A DNA stretch of 59,497 bases from positions 1 through 59,497 of the forward strand of contig DASXQR010000225.1 of the NCBI GenBank assembly GCA_036507075.1. The letters run 5' to 3'. Of this stretch, positions 10,546 through 22,039 are shown one piece after another. The translations under genes were made by a program, and so were the position numbers. Source of the DNA: Acidobacteriota bacterium. Its GTDB lineage: Bacteria; Acidobacteriota; UBA6911; JACQSX01. A model generated the notes under the pieces. It saw only the letters and a program-made list of their open reading frames with translations. It searched no databases and was not told where the DNA came from. How positions within the stretch are numbered: the stretch's first letter is position 1; each line of letters starts with the position of its first letter.

Positions 10546-10846
10546 CAAGCTCGACGACATCAAGGATGCTCTGGGGAAATTAAATATTTCGGGAATGACG
10601 GTTACCGAGGTGCGCGGCCACGGCCGCCAAAAGGGCCACACGGCCGTTTACCGCGGCAAGGAGTACGCGGTGAGCCTGCTGCCAAAGATGGAAATTGAAG
10701 TCGTTGTTCCGGATGATGTGGTTGATGAGGTGATACAGGCCGTGATCAAGGCGGCGCGCACCGGCGAAATCGGGGACGGCCGCGTGTTTGTGATCCCGGT
10801 CGATCGGGGCTACAACATCCGCACGGGAGAAGAAGACGTGGTCTGA
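10514..10846 (+). CDS. glnB: P-II nitrogen regulatory protein (second paralogue)
   Basis: GHGRQKG, YRGKEY, TGEIGDGRVF; lies between glnD and glnA. The glnB versus glnK label is positional. Confidence 0.88.
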   Translation: MKLIKCIIRPNKLDDIKDALGKLNISGMTVTEVRGHGRQKGHTAVYRGKEYAVSLLPKMEIEVVVPDDVVDEVIQAVIKAARTGEIGDGRVFVIPVDRGYNIRTGEEDVV

Positions 10847-10870
10847 GGAGTTGCTTGGTTCCGTGGGGAG

Positions 10871-11055
10871 AAGAAAAGTCGTTCACGTGCACGTGCACGA
10901 ACGTGCACGACCACGTCAACGTCTACGAACACGACGAACACGCTCACGAATGACCACAGCGCTCCGGAGTGCATTTCAATGTTAGGTTTCGTCACCGTAG
11001 ACGCGGGCCGTGAACGTTGACGTGGTCGTGCACGTGCACGTGAACGGCTTTTCTT
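10871..11055. repeat. Palindromic cassette of hexamer repeats (GTGCAC/CACGTC type)
   Basis: 29-bp terminal inverted repeat with 1 mismatch; family members at 27548-27665 and 34030-34192. Confidence 0.85.
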
Positions 11056-11138
11056 TTGGTCATAGCCATAGAAGACTGACGACACTTGTTTTCTTATTCG
11101 TAATCCAGCTTTAAAACTAACAAACATCGGGAGGAAAA

Positions 11139-12608
11139 ATGCCAAGAAAGAAGACGACAGCAACCCCAAAATCCAAAGCTCGACGCGATGGACCGGCGCC
11201 GGCCGAAGTGATGGCGATGATCAAAGACAACAAAGTTCAGGCCATCGACGTGCGCTTCGTGGACTTGATCGGATTGTGGCAGCATTTTACTGCTTCGATC
11301 AGTGAGTTCTCCATCGACGCTTTTGACGAGGGCCTGGGATTCGACGGATCCAGCATCCGCGGCTTCCAGGAGATCCAGGAAAGCGACATGCTGCTGATCC
11401 CTGATTCCACCACCGCATTTCTGGATCCTTTTGCCGCCGTTCCCACACTGGTTTTGATCTGTTACGTCAGGGACCCCGTTACGGGAGAACCTTATTCGCG
11501 CGATCCACGCTATATCGCCGCCAAAGCCGAGAACTACCTTAAGTCCACAGGGATCGCCGATGTTGCCTATTTCGGGCCGGAGCCTGAGTTCTTCATTCTC
11601 GATGATGTCCGCTTCAGCCAGTCCTATGAGCATGGCTATTACTTCCTGGACGCCAGTGAAGGCTTCTGGAATTCCGGAAAGGAAGAAAAGCCCAACCTGG
11701 GCTACAAGCCCCGCTATAAAGAAGGCTACTTCCCTGTTCCGCCGATGGATTCGCATCAGGACATCCGCACCGAAATGATGCTCACTCTTGAGCAAGTCGG
11801 TGTGACCGTCGAGATCCATCATCATGAAGTGGCCACTGCGGGGCAGTGCGAGATCGATATGCGATTCGACTCGCTCAAGAACATGGCCGACAAACTGCTC
11901 AAGTTCAAGTACGTGATCAAAAACGTGGCGCGCCGCTACGGCAAGACCGTGACGCTGATGCCAAAGCCGATCTTCCAGGACAATGGTTCGGGCATGCACG
12001 TGCACCAGAGTCTCTGGAAAGGAGGGAAGAATGTCTTTTTCGAAGCAGGCAATTACGCGGACCTGAGCAAGACGGCGGTTTACTACATCGGCGGTGTTCT
12101 CAAACACGCGCCGGCGCTGCTGGCGCTGTGCGCGCCGACGACCAACTCCTATCGGCGTCTGGTGCCGGGCTATGAAGCTCCGATTAACCTGATTTACTCC
12201 CAGAGAAATCGCAGCGCGGCAGTCCGAATTCCCGCTTACTCGCGAAGCGAGAAGTCCAAGCGCATCGAAGTCAGATTCCCGGATCCGGCCGCCAACGGTT
12301 ATCTGGCCTTCAGCGCCATGATGATGGCGGGACTGGACGGCATTCAGAACAAAATCGTCCCGGCCGACCCGATGGACCGTGATCTGTATGATCTGCCGCC
12401 CAAGGAAATGGCCCGAGTGGCAAAGGCTCCGGGAAGCCTGGACGAGGTGCTGAATGCTCTCGAGAAAGACCACGCTTTCCTGCTCAAGGGCGACGTCTTC
12501 ACCAGCGACGTGATCGAGACCTGGATCGAATATAAGCGCAAGCGGGAGCTCGACGCCATTCGACTGCGCCCGCATCCGTGGGAATTTGCGCTCTACTTTG
12601 ACGTCTAA
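11139..12608 (+). CDS. glnA: Glutamine synthetase type I
   Basis: [34 protein letters not shown], adenylylation loop DLYDL. Confidence 0.97.
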   Translation: MPRKKTTATPKSKARRDGPAPAEVMAMIKDNKVQAIDVRFVDLIGLWQHFTASISEFSIDAFDEGLGFDGSSIRGFQEIQESDMLLIPDSTTAFLDPFAAVPTLVLICYVRDPVTGEPYSRDPRYIAAKAENYLKSTGIADVAYFGPEPEFFILDDVRFSQSYEHGYYFLDASEGFWNSGKEEKPNLGYKPRYKEGYFPVPPMDSHQDIRTEMMLTLEQVGVTVEIHHHEVATAGQCEIDMRFDSLKNMADKLLKFKYVIKNVARRYGKTVTLMPKPIFQDNGSGMHVHQSLWKGGKNVFFEAGNYADLSKTAVYYIGGVLKHAPALLALCAPTTNSYRRLVPGYEAPINLIYSQRNRSAAVRIPAYSRSEKSKRIEVRFPDPAANGYLAFSAMMMAGLDGIQNKIVPADPMDRDLYDLPPKEMARVAKAPGSLDEVLNALEKDHAFLLKGDVFTSDVIETWIEYKRKRELDAIRLRPHPWEFALYFDV

Positions 12609-12615
12609 AAAACTG

Positions 12616-12680
12616 AACCGCCAAGAACGCGAAGAACGCTAAGACTATTTTTTCGCGTTCTTCGCGCGCTTCGCGGTGAA
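12616..12680. repeat. Inverted 9-bp-period cassette (AACCGCCAAGAACGCGAAG...TTCGCGGTGAA)
   Basis: Related copies at 15941-15996, 25127-25296, 31749-31918 and 56144-56284. Confidence 0.8.
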
Positions 12681-12723
12681 GTTTTTGTATTCGTTCCCCG
12701 CTGAATCCTACGGCTGAATAACA

Positions 12724-15700
12724 ATGTCTTCCGACCGCGAACCATTCCGTCCCTCTGATCTCTTCCTGGCGGCCGAGATCTCCGATGAAGCGGTTTTTGC
12801 GTACCTGCGCTCGATTGGCTTCCGGGATCCCGGCGCGGCGGATCGGAATCTGCAACTGATGGCCGATGACTATTCCGCGCGCCATGCACTGGGAGCGATG
12901 GCAGAGCCTTTGATGGACTCGCTCAGCCGGGCTCCCGACCCTGACAAAGCGCTGCTGGGAATGGAGCGCTACCTCTCGGCAAGAACCGGAAGGACAAATT
13001 TCATTAATTATCTGAATGAAGATCCCGAAGCCCTGGACCTGCTTACCACCGTGCTGGGAAGTTCGCCCTTCCTCAGCGAGCTGTTGATTCGCAATCCGGA
13101 GTATTTCCACTGGCTGCGCTATGAATATGACCGCGCTCACTACGAAACGGTGGACTACGCCGATGATATCGATTCGCTTCTGGAAAATCTGGCTAACCGG
13201 CAATCGCGCCTGGATGCGCTGAAGAGATTTCGCCGGCAGCAGACTCTCCGCATTGCAACACTCGACATGCTGGGGAAGATCTCGCTTGAATCGGCAACGT
13301 TGCAGTTGTCGCAATTGGCGGAAATGACGCTGCAGCGGGCGCTTGCCATCACCATTGAAGCAATAGCGCCGGAAGCACGGCTCTCTGTGCTGCAGCCGCC
13401 GGCCAAAACTCGCGGCAGGCGCGCCGCCCAGGCGTGGGACCAAGAGACTCAGATTCAAATTGCCGGGATGCTGGCAGTGATTGGAATGGGAAAGCTCGGC
13501 GGCAGCGAGTTGAACTACAGCTCCGATATTGATCTCATCTATGTTTATGAGCCGCTTGACCCCTCGCCCCAATGCGAGCAGTTCTTTCAAAAACTGTTCC
13601 GGGACTACACCCAGGTGCTCAGCGAGTACACATCAGAAGGTTATCTGTATCGCGTCGATCTCCGATTGCGCCCTATGGGCAAGGCCGGCGCGATCGCGAA
13701 CTCCCTGCAGCAGCACCGGCATTACTACGAACATTGGGGAGATACGTTCGAGCGGTTCGCGCTCATCAAGGCGCGGGGCGTGGCGGGAGACGAAACTCTC
13801 ACGCGGCGGTTTTTGGCATTGGTACAACCCTTTGTCTACCGCAAGTATCTGGATCACGCGGCATTGGAAGAAATCATCAGCATCAAAGCGCGCGCCGACG
13901 CGGAGACGGAACGCCGGTCCGACTCAAGCATGAACGTAAAAACCGGCCGCGGAGGAATCCGCGAAATTGAGCTGTTTACGCAGATTCTCCAGATCCTGTA
14001 CGGGGGCTCCAATCCCGAGCTTCAGGATACAAACACCATCGGCGGCCTTTCCAGGTTGAGGCAGCACGGAATCATCAGCGAAGCGACCTGCCAGGATTTG
14101 ACCGAGGCTTACACGTTCCTTCGGACCGTGGAACATCGGCTGCAGATCGTGCAGGAGCAGCAGGTTCATTCAGTCCCCGCGGACCCGATCGAGCGGGAGA
14201 TCACTGCTCGCCGAATGGGCTACACCTCGGCAGAGACCTTCGACCGCGCGCTGGCGGCGCACCGCGATCGCGTTCACGAAATCTATCAGAGCCTGCTGAA
14301 GGAAAAGGGCGCCGCTGCGGGCGCTTCAACCCGTGTCTTCCTGCGAATGTTGAATGAGGAACTGCCGGAATCTGAGATGCTGCAGGTGCTGGAGAAATAT
14401 GGTTTCGTCGATCCGGTCGCAGCTGCCGCGGAAGTAAGAAACCTGGTGCAGATGCCTTCGCTGGCACATTCGCAGACGGAATCACGCACCCTGCTGGCCA
14501 ACTTCCTCCCCATAGCCCTCGAGCGCGCGGCGCGTTGCGCCGAACCGGTGGCCGTGTTGAACCGTCTGGAGCAGATTGCGCAGTCAACCGGCGCGGCGCC
14601 GGCCTTGTTGCGAAGCCTGCTTGAAAATGAAGCGCTGCGGGAGCAGCTTCTGTCGCTGCTCGACTCAGGCCGCATGATGCCGGAGAGATTGATTCGGTTC
14701 CCCGAACTGATCGATTCCCTTCTGCATACGCCCCTCACTGTGGAAGAACTGCATGCCAACTGGCAAACCGCGCTGGATGAAATCAGCACGGCGGCACTGG
14801 ACGAGAAAAAACTGTACCTGCGGCGCCTCAAGCAGGTCGAAGAATTCAAGATTGTAGGGGCCTGGCTGTCTGCGGCCATCAGCCTGGAAGAGCTCCAGCA
14901 GAGGCTTTCGCTGCTTGCCGAATGTTGTGTCGCTGCAGCCACCGGCTGGCTGAGCGCCACAGCCGCGGGATCTCGTGAGCGTCGAAGGGCAGGCGTTCGG
15001 CCGAGATCCGCCAAAGGCGCAGGGGCTCTGCGAAGGATGCCTGCGGCCGCCTCAAAGCGCGCGGCGGCTGTGCCCGAATGGACAGTGCTGGCGCTGGGGA
15101 AGCTGGGCAGCCGGGAGTTGACGATTCACTCCGATCTCGACCTGGTTTTCCTCTACCAGGGAAAGTCTTCAGATTCTCACACCTTTATGTACTATCAACA
15201 GTTCGTGCAGGATGTTCAAAAATTCCTAGAGGACCCTACGCCGGCGGGCGCTGCCTACAAGATCGACACCCGCCTTCGTCCGGAAGGCAATAAAGGCGCC
15301 CTGGCGATGCCCGCCGAAAGCTTTAAGAAATACCTTCAGGCGAGGGCAGAAAAATGGGAGCGGCTCGCCTGGACGCGCGCGCGCTTCAGCGCCGGATCCG
15401 AAAAGCTGGCGCGGCAGCTACTGGCCTGGGCTGAAGAATTCGTCTACGACGACTGGGATCCTGATTTGCCGCTCTTTATGAGAGCGGTGCGTTCTCGCAT
15501 GGAAGCAGAGTTGTCAGGCGAAATCAGTGGCCGCCTGAACTTTAAGACCGGCATGGGAGGGCTTTCCGATCTTGATTTCATGCTGCAGATGATCCAGATC
15601 CGCGAAGGCGCGCGGAATCCGGCATTTCGCAGACAAGGCACGCACAAGCTTCTTTCACTGATCGAGGAGTTCCGAATTCTTTCCCACCAGGAGCGCGATC

Positions 15701-15927
15701 TTCTGCAGCAAGCCTGCACATTCCTGCGCCGCCTGGAGATCTGGGTACGGCTGGATGCCGATGCAAACATCAACTGGATTGCAAACGACCCCGCAGCCTG
15801 CAATACCCTGGGTAAAAGAATGCAAATGCCGTCCCCGGAAGGCGCAAACCTGCTGCGCTCATACAAGGAAATCACCACCGGCGTGCGAGCGCTGTATGAA
15901 GATGTTACGAGGCGCTTGCAGGGTTGA
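12724..15927 (+). CDS. glnE: Glutamine synthetase adenylyltransferase/adenylyl-removing enzyme
   Basis: Two NTase modules: GKLGGSELNYSSDIDL...YRVDLRLRP and GKLGSRELTIHSDLDL...IDTRLRPEG. Confidence 0.93.
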   Translation: MSSDREPFRPSDLFLAAEISDEAVFAYLRSIGFRDPGAADRNLQLMADDYSARHALGAMAEPLMDSLSRAPDPDKALLGMERYLSARTGRTNFINYLNEDPEALDLLTTVLGSSPFLSELLIRNPEYFHWLRYEYDRAHYETVDYADDIDSLLENLANRQSRLDALKRFRRQQTLRIATLDMLGKISLESATLQLSQLAEMTLQRALAITIEAIAPEARLSVLQPPAKTRGRRAAQAWDQETQIQIAGMLAVIGMGKLGGSELNYSSDIDLIYVYEPLDPSPQCEQFFQKLFRDYTQVLSEYTSEGYLYRVDLRLRPMGKAGAIANSLQQHRHYYEHWGDTFERFALIKARGVAGDETLTRRFLALVQPFVYRKYLDHAALEEIISIKARADAETERRSDSSMNVKTGRGGIREIELFTQILQILYGGSNPELQDTNTIGGLSRLRQHGIISEATCQDLTEAYTFLRTVEHRLQIVQEQQVHSVPADPIEREITARRMGYTSAETFDRALAAHRDRVHEIYQSLLKEKGAAAGASTRVFLRMLNEELPESEMLQVLEKYGFVDPVAAAAEVRNLVQMPSLAHSQTESRTLLANFLPIALERAARCAEPVAVLNRLEQIAQSTGAAPALLRSLLENEALREQLLSLLDSGRMMPERLIRFPELIDSLLHTPLTVEELHANWQTALDEISTAALDEKKLYLRRLKQVEEFKIVGAWLSAAISLEELQQRLSLLAECCVAAATGWLSATAAGSRERRRAGVRPRSAKGAGALRRMPAAASKRAAAVPEWTVLALGKLGSRELTIHSDLDLVFLYQGKSSDSHTFMYYQQFVQDVQKFLEDPTPAGAAYKIDTRLRPEGNKGALAMPAESFKKYLQARAEKWERLAWTRARFSAGSEKLARQLLAWAEEFVYDDWDPDLPLFMRAVRSRMEAELSGEISGRLNFKTGMGGLSDLDFMLQMIQIREGARNPAFRRQGTHKLLSLIEEFRILSHQERDLLQQACTFLRRLEIWVRLDADANINWIANDPAACNTLGKRMQMPSPEGANLLRSYKEITTGVRALYEDVTRRLQG

Positions 15928-15940
15928 CGGTTCAAAAACA

Positions 15941-15996
15941 TTAACCGCCAAGAACGCTAAGAAAATCTTGGCGTTCTTGGCGCTCTTGGCGGTTAA
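15941..15996. repeat. Inverted 9-bp-period cassette
   Basis: TTAACCGCCAAGAACGCTAAG...CTTGGCGCTCTTGGCGGTTAA. Confidence 0.8.
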
Positions 15997-16038
15997 GTTT
16001 CTTGAATAATCCAGGCTTACGCGCGCGCCGATGTTTGA

Positions 16039-19000
16039 GTTCACCGCTCCAAGCACAATCCCACCCCGGAAAACTCCACCGGTATTGAGCCGATCTACTC
16101 GTACAAGGGCGGACTGACCGAGGCGATTAACCTTTACGATGGGAACCTGAACGTTGGCGTTCCGCTGATAAGGCTCAAGGGTCGCGCCGGGCTCAACTTG
16201 GCAGTAAACCTGGCTTACAACTCGCGCCAGATGAAATTTGCTTATAACGAGTGGGGCAACACCGCGTCCTGGAATTACACCGGACCCAACATGGGCCGGT
16301 GGGTCGCCAATTTTAGCCCTTACGTGATCGAAAATGGAGGCAACGCCGGTGTTACTTTTGAAGACGGAACCCAGCACCCTTTCACCGATGGAATGTCGAC
16401 CAACGGCAGCGACATGCAGTACAACGGAGCCACAAAAATTGCCCTGCTGAAATCGGGCATCCAGTATAACTTTTCCAGCGCAAGCCAAGTTACCAAGGGG
16501 GATGCCAACGGCAATTACATCACCTACGTCAAGGATGGGGCGGGAAAGACGACACAGATCGTCGACACGCTGGGGCGCTCCGTAAACATCTATTACGAAA
16601 ACCCCAGCGATGTGACCTTGCCCTCAAGAATCACTGTCCTGAACCACACCGGGCTTCCCGCACAGATCCTGACATACACTTTCGAGTACGAGTTCCGCAA
16701 TGTCGATCCGTCTGTCTACGGCTACACGCCTGCCGGGGTTGTGGCGGGCAACTACCCGTTTTTGACTCGGATCAATTTACCCGATGGAAAATTCTGGGCC
16801 TTTACCTACTATCATGGCGTCAGCGCCAGCACGCTCCTGCTTGCAAGCGTCACCTATCCGATGGGAGGGACCACGACTTACAACTACACCGGCTCCAACG
16901 CCCAACTGGACGCCAAATGCAAGCAGAAGGTAATGAATGCCAACAACGGGCAGGGAAATGTTACGACCAGCTACCAGCATTCGCATTGCTACCCCGCCAA
17001 TCAGCCGCCCGACAACTGCAGCGGTGACCCGCAAGCCATTCACAGCGTCAATATCATCGATCCGGACAGTGCGACAACCAACGTGATATTCAATTCGGAT
17101 GGAAAGGAAAGCAGCCGCACAGGATCAGGAAAATCAGAGTACACGACTTGGACCGGCTCCCATGTGCAGATCAAGCAGGTAATCGTCGACGGCTACGAGA
17201 CCCGCACCGATTACCAGTACGATGTTTCGAATGGGAATTTGCTGCAGGAGGAAGTCAAGCCAGGCTCCGGGATGGGAACGGACTTGAACTTTCGCGGGCG
17301 CCGCACGGTGCGCACCTGGCAGAGTTTCGGAAACAACGTTTATCGCGTTCAAACCGAGAATGTCTACGACCTGAACAACGCGCTGGCCACATCGCTTGTC
17401 TCGCAAACGCAATACGGCTACGACGAGTACGTCACGTATCCGATGACCGACCGCGGCCCCGGAGTGGCCGGTCATCTGGATTCGTATAATACCGGCTACA
17501 CGACGCGCGGCAATGTGACCACGGTATCCCGGTGGCTCGCTTCGGAAAGCCGCTGGATTGCCACGCACAGCTTCTACGACACGCTGGGCAATGTCGTAAA
17601 GACGCGCGATGCCAAAAACTATGACACCGTCATAAACTACGGCTCGACCAATGCCTTCGCGTATCCCACTCAAGTCATCAACCCCAAGGGACACACGACC
17701 AATACCGTTTATAAATTTTACACCGGTCAAGTTGAGAGCGTCACCAACGCCAACAACTTCACAACCACTACAACATACGATTCGCTAAATCGCGTCACCC
17801 GCATCGATTTTCCTGACACCAGCTACGTTCGGGCGACGTACGACCTGACCATAAACAACTTCTCGACAACCATCTACAAGTCGATCACCGCAAGCCAGGA
17901 AGCGGCCTCGACGACCTACCTGGATGGAGTTGGGCGGGAAAAACAGAAACGCAAGTCAGATCCGGCGGGCGACATTTATGTTGATACTGTCTATGAAGTC
18001 TGCGACTGCAACGGGAAAGTTTCCAAGGTGAGCAATCCCTACCGTTTGGGGGAGATAGTCTATTGGACGCAAACCAAGTTCGACGCTCTGGGAAGGCCGA
18101 TGAAAATAATTCCACCTGACGGGACCGAGACGCAGAACTTTACAAGCTACACTTACGGGCCGATGAAAACAGCAGTTACCGATCCGGCAGGCAAAGCGAG
18201 GCGCTACCACTACGATGTGCTGGGGAGAATTTGGAAGGTCGTGCCCAGCGACACTCGACCCGACCCCTTTTCCGGGACGCTGTCACATGAGTCGGCAATT
18301 TTTGCGTCTATGCATCAACATTTCTTCACATCGCCTGCGATGCCGGTTGGTGCCGGAGACGCCCTGTATGCTTACATCTATCTCGATCCGAAAAACATGC
18401 CCAGCGAAGTCATGCTTCAGTGGAATGACGGAGCGGGCTGGGAACACCGCGCCTACTGGGGAGCCGATAACATCGCATGGGGAGTCAATGGGACAAACAG
18501 CCGGCGATACATGGGCGCTTTGCCTGCGTCGGGACAGTGAGTGGGTAAGGCTGGAGGTTCCCGCCTCACAGGTCGGCCTTGACGCGCAAAATGTGTATGG
18601 GGTTGCCTTTACGCTTTATGGCGGGCGCGCCTGGTGGGACAAGTCCGGCGCCGGGGGTTTTGTCTGGTTTGACGATGCGCTCCCAACGGGTGCCGTCTCT
18701 TCCGGCGCCAATGAAACTTGGACCTGGGTTGCGGCCCCTGACTATGTCACCTACGATTACCTGCCCACCATGGGCCAGAACAAGCTGGTAATCACGCAGG
18801 GCGTCCAGTTGCGCACCTTCAACTACGACACTTTCGGGCAGCTCACGTCGGAGATCCATCCGGAAAATGGGACCACTAGCTACACCTATGACGACAATGG
18901 CAACGTGAATGCCAGGACCGATCCCCGGGGCTGGGTCACCAACCACACCTACGACAATTTGAACCGACTGACCACAAAGTCGTATCTTAATGATGGCGGT

Positions 19001-20884
19001 GTCACCCCTGTTGTTAACTGGGTTTACGATCTTGCCATCAATGGCGTTGGAAAGCCCGCTTGGTGGAACAGTGGAAACGGCCATTCTGAATCCTTCGATT
19101 ACGATTCGATGGGCCGAACCACTCAGGACCGCAAGATCATAGCGGGTATGGCGCTGCAGTCGGTTAGCTACACTTACAACTTGGCCGGCGAGCTAATCAC
19201 GACCACCTACCCGAACGGCTGGACGACGACAGGCGGCTATGATGGAGTCGGAAACCTTGAAAATATCGCCTCCAGTTTTGCGGGCAGCATCGTGAGCAAT
19301 ATCGATCGCAACGCCGCCGGCCAGCCGACGCTAGTATCGTACGGCAACGGCGTGAATAATATGCGAAGCTATAACAGCGATTTGCAGCTTTCCAATTTGC
19401 AGGTGGGCGGGCCCGGCGGAACCTATCTGAACAAGACTTACACCTACAACGCGGGGGTGGCTAACAACGGCCGCATCACAAGCATCACAGACAACCTTGA
19501 CGCCAACAGCACGATTTCCTACACCTACGATGAACTGAGCCGGCTGGCCACAGCCGCCACAACGGGTCCCGCCTGGGGACTCTCGTGGACCTATGACCGA
19601 TATGGAAATCGGCTCGGTCAGAATCTTACCAAGGGAGCGCCTCCAACCAATTCCCTTTCGGTGGATGCAAGCTCCAACCGCGTGACAACCTGGACCTATG
19701 ATGCGGTCGGCAATGTCACCAACGACGGAAGGCACACTTACGCGTACGATGCGGAAAATCGCATCATCTCCATTGACAGCGGCGCCACCACATACAGCTA
19801 TGACGGACCCGGCGGCCGCGTTCAGAAGACGACGGGCGCGACAGTGACGCGTTATTTTTTTGGTCTGGCCGAAAACGTCAATGGATCATGGACGAAAGTC
19901 TTCGTTGCTACAGCCACAGGAGTCATCGAATGGGACAGTTCTAATGGGATGATGTTCAAGAGTAACGATCATCATGGTGACACACGCATCATCACCAACG
20001 GCTCCGGCCTTGTCGCAGGCCGCCTGGATATGTACCCTTACGGCGAAATCTGGTCCGAAACGGGCACAATTAATAAGTACAAGAACACCGGCAAAGAACG
20101 CGACGGCGAGTCAGGCAATGACTACTTCGGGGCGAGGTACTACTGGAATGGGGCCGGAAGGTGGCTCGGCGTGGATGTCGAGAGAGGGAACATTTTTAAT
20201 CCACAGCGGCTCAATCGACTTACCTACTGCCTCAATGATCCAATCAACTATATAGATCCAGATGGCAAGAAAACGTTTAAGGTCACGGTGATCGGCCATG
20301 ATCCAGATGAGGCGTTGGAAAATCTCGCCCAGCAATCATACGAATTCGAGAACGGTTCTGGAAATACCGGCAACGGTAACGGGACGCCCAGGCCACTCCC
20401 AGTGAAGAAACTGAGCAACGACTGTCAAGGTCAGCTCGGTCGATTCGCTTCCAGTTTAACTAATGACGCAAACTTGGCAGTATTTGAACAGGAGGCGATA
20501 ACAGATTTTCAACAAGGTATGAGCATCGTCAACGATCTTGACTTTTTTGTCGGACCATACGACGCTGAAGGCATAGTACCGGGCGCTTATGGGGCTACTA
20601 TAGGATCATCCCCGACTGCCTCGGCCCCCGCTGGCTACACATCTAGTATTTACATCTCGACACAGCAGCTTCTAGACAAGCCCCTTCCAGGAGTTAGCGT
20701 TGTAGAACACTTGGTAATGACTATTGCCCATGAGATAGCTCACGCGGGACGTAACCGGCGGTTGCAACAAACAGGGAGCGGCGCATATGGGGAGCCATGG
20801 GCGTATTACCTTACAGGGCGGTATCAGGGCTGGCTGCGAGAAGCTAAAGAGACGCCTTGCGTCACCGGTTGGTCAATGAAATGA
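16039..20884 (+). pseudogene. RHS/YD-repeat polymorphic toxin with HExxH tip; frameshifted at 18536-18543 and lacking an obvious start
   Basis: YD repeats in ORFs 16198-18540 and 18215-20884; RHS core GKERDGESGNDYFGARYY and DPINYIDPDG. Removing the AGTG duplication joins the frames. RHS-like sequence continues upstream of 16198 to a stop at 16036-16038 with no ATG. Confidence 0.8.
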
Positions 20885-21408
20885 TAATAACGTACGTCTC
20901 ATATTTCGCTGTCGCTGCTGCGCTGATATCTCGTCCGCAGGATTACGCTCCTCTTCGCTTTGATGAAGTGTTTGTTAATGGGAAGCGGCTGAGTTTATCG
21001 GATTCTGGTCGGCCGACGATATGGGTTGGCAACTCGCGTCTGGTGTTAGAGGGAACCGTCGACTTTTTTCAGATCTATTTAGGTATCAAGGCAGAGGATA
21101 AGGCGCCGAAGCAATTCGAGCTTCGCCGGTTCTCAGTCGATCCGGCGGGATACATCAGATCCGATCGGTCGTGGCTTGTTCACACGCCTGGTCAGAGGGC
21201 GGGCGTGTTTTTATCTCGGCCTAGGGCCGCCTCAACCGCTCTCGTTCTTACGTACCCGTACTATTATGATCGATATCTGCTCTTTCACCTGTTTTTGAAG
21301 GAGGCGGCGAACCTTAACGGTCCAGCCCATCGCCTTTGTACTGTCTCCTTGACGTTGGTAGTAGACGGGAAGCCATTTGATTTGACTATTGCTCTGATTA
21401 GACCTTAG
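20881..21408 (+). CDS. Hypothetical protein, candidate immunity protein
   Basis: ATGA overlap with the RHS stop; hydrophobic N-terminus; lower GC like the toxin tip. Confidence 0.6.
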   Translation: MIITYVSYFAVAAALISRPQDYAPLRFDEVFVNGKRLSLSDSGRPTIWVGNSRLVLEGTVDFFQIYLGIKAEDKAPKQFELRRFSVDPAGYIRSDRSWLVHTPGQRAGVFLSRPRAASTALVLTYPYYYDRYLLFHLFLKEAANLNGPAHRLCTVSLTLVVDGKPFDLTIALIRP

Positions 21409-22039
21409 CAGCCCGTGGCAGAAGTAGTTTTTAACTCAGAATCGATCCCATCCTCGCCACGGGCGATCGGATTGATAAGTGATGTCGCTGAGTGCAGGAG
21501 AGTGCAGATGGCCTTGCAGAGGGTGTGCAAGAGCAAAATGAGCGACTTCAAAGACTCAAAAAGCGCCACCAGGCGGCCTTGCAGGCTGCGTGGCGTGCCG
21601 ACGCCAACCAACTGGCGCATCAGCAGGCCCAGATTGAGAGGGGAGAGGCATCGCGCCTGTCACGGTCAAGCGCCTGTTTGTCAATGCACGAGAGGCATTG
21701 GAGTGCGCCCTTTCGGTTGTAGAGAATATAGGAGAAATAGTATGAAATAGTACCTGTCACACACCCGCTGCTGTTTGCCAATGCGGGCTGGTAGTTACGC
21801 CAACCCGAGTGATGTTTTTGTCGGGTGGTTAGACGATCCATGTAGCTCGTGCGACAGGGAAAGCTGACTGAGCCGGGCATGTTTTTTGTTCCATCAGATG
21901 CAAGATTTGCCACGGCAATGTTCTGAAGGGAGAATTCAGGCCTAAAGTGCCACCTGTATGCCGGGATAAGGCACACAAGCAGACACGAACCTGACCTGCA
22001 TCTGCTCTGGAGAGTCTTTGAAGGCGTGCTGGGAATAGA

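Noticed and set aside
11094..12575. Long antisense ORFs (opposite glnA, and 28919-30505, 2225-3370 and others)
   Set aside because: Shadow frames of GC-rich genes with no motifs
21415..21750. Orphan RHS tip or small gene after the immunity ORF
   Set aside because: Overlapping short ORFs with no recognisable motif; could be a decayed fragment but cannot be supported
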